The translations under genes were made by a program, and so were the position numbers. Source: Parcubacteria bacterium C7867-001 (lineage in GTDB: Bacteria; Patescibacteriota; Minisyncoccia; Phycocordibacterales; Phycocordibacteraceae). From it: DNA of 64,000 nt. The notes under the pieces are model-generated. The model searched no databases, had not been told where the DNA came from, and saw only the letters and a program-made list of their open reading frames with translations. The stretch is from contig LFCK01000001.1 of NCBI GenBank assembly GCA_001189095.1, positions 84,485 through 148,484 on the forward strand. Direction: 5' to 3'. This document shows, one piece after another, positions 63,486-64,000 of the stretch; position 1 is the stretch's first letter, and each line of letters starts with the position of its first letter.

Positions 63486-64000
63486 TTACGCAACTTCTTT
63501 CAAGTGATCGATGAGTGAATCAAACGGAATGAATGTTTCGGTGTGGGAAGAACGCTCGCGGAGAATGACGGAGCGTTCGAGCGCTTCTTTGCGGCCCATG
63601 ATGATGAGATACGGCGGGTTCGCGACTTCCGCGAGACGCATCTGCTCAGTGAGGGACTCAATGCCGATCGATTGCATCATCGGAATGCGCGCATGGCGCA
63701 GGGAATCGGCCATCTTGATGCTTTCGCGCTTGGCTTCGTCGCCAATGTGCACAAAGGCAAACCGTGGCGTCTTGTGCTCCTTCATCGGAGGAATTACCGA
63801 GCGGCTTTCGGTGGTAATACGGATAACCGCGCCTATAGATGGAATCGCGGACTTAAAGAAAGGACGCGTTAGTTCGCTGTAGCGCGAGCCCCATGCGCGC
63901 ATATCGTCGCTGCCATGGACCTCGAAGCAGGTTTCCGTCCATGACGATCCGCGTGAGAATATTTCCGGCGCAAGCTCGTATGGCGTTTCGGTTTCCTCGA
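63486..64000 (-). CDS. Degenerate HisRS paralog with anticodon-binding domain (partial)
   Basis: Open to window end: YELAPEIFSRGSSWTETCFE..WGSRYSEL..SIGA, then SLTEQMRLA..YLIIMGRKEA. Confidence 0.75.
   Translation of the reverse strand, partial: EETETPYELAPEIFSRGSSWTETCFEVHGSDDMRAWGSRYSELTRPFFKSAIPSIGAVIRITTESRSVIPPMKEHKTPRFAFVHIGDEAKRESIKMADSLRHARIPMMQSIGIESLTEQMRLAEVANPPYLIIMGRKEALERSVILRERSSHTETFIPFDSLIDHLKEVA

Noticed and set aside
1..64000. Prophage, integron integrase, IS transposase, tRNA or rRNA
   Set aside because: No structural phage genes, recombinase/transposase motifs or recognisable RNA gene patterns found by eye.

Overview
This is a bacterial chromosomal window (genetic code 11). 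Its gene content strongly suggests a Patescibacteria/CPR (Parcubacteria-like) genome; the taxonomy is inference. Core genes include bcp, dsbA-like, hisS, prmC, uppP, nrdA/nrdB, lexA, trxB, ftsA/ftsZ, ybeY, rpsU, an OmpR-type two-component pair and a type IV pilus cluster. Less usual for CPR are cydAB, purF/purN and a GH130/PMI/HAD-FAD-oxidase operon. I found no rRNA, tRNA, CRISPR array, integrase or transposase. Main signals: (1) A PaaX-like wHTH/Cas2-fold gene (11107-11685) is bracketed exactly by two related 40-bp perfect palindromes and heads an AT-richer lipase + membrane-protein module. (2) There are two expression grammars: many housekeeping genes look leaderless (-10 box 6-9 nt before ATG), whereas about 20 mostly orphan genes sit singly or stacked as self-contained cassettes (TTGACN-17-TANNNT promoter, Shine-Dalgarno, GC-rich triloop hairpin), even splitting ftsA-ftsZ and nrdA-nrdB. 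(3) One cassette encodes a GcrA-like protein. (4) There is a 159-bp MITE-like foldback element. (5) A pilus adhesin shows nested domain insertions. All family calls come from motif recognition by eye, not database searches.
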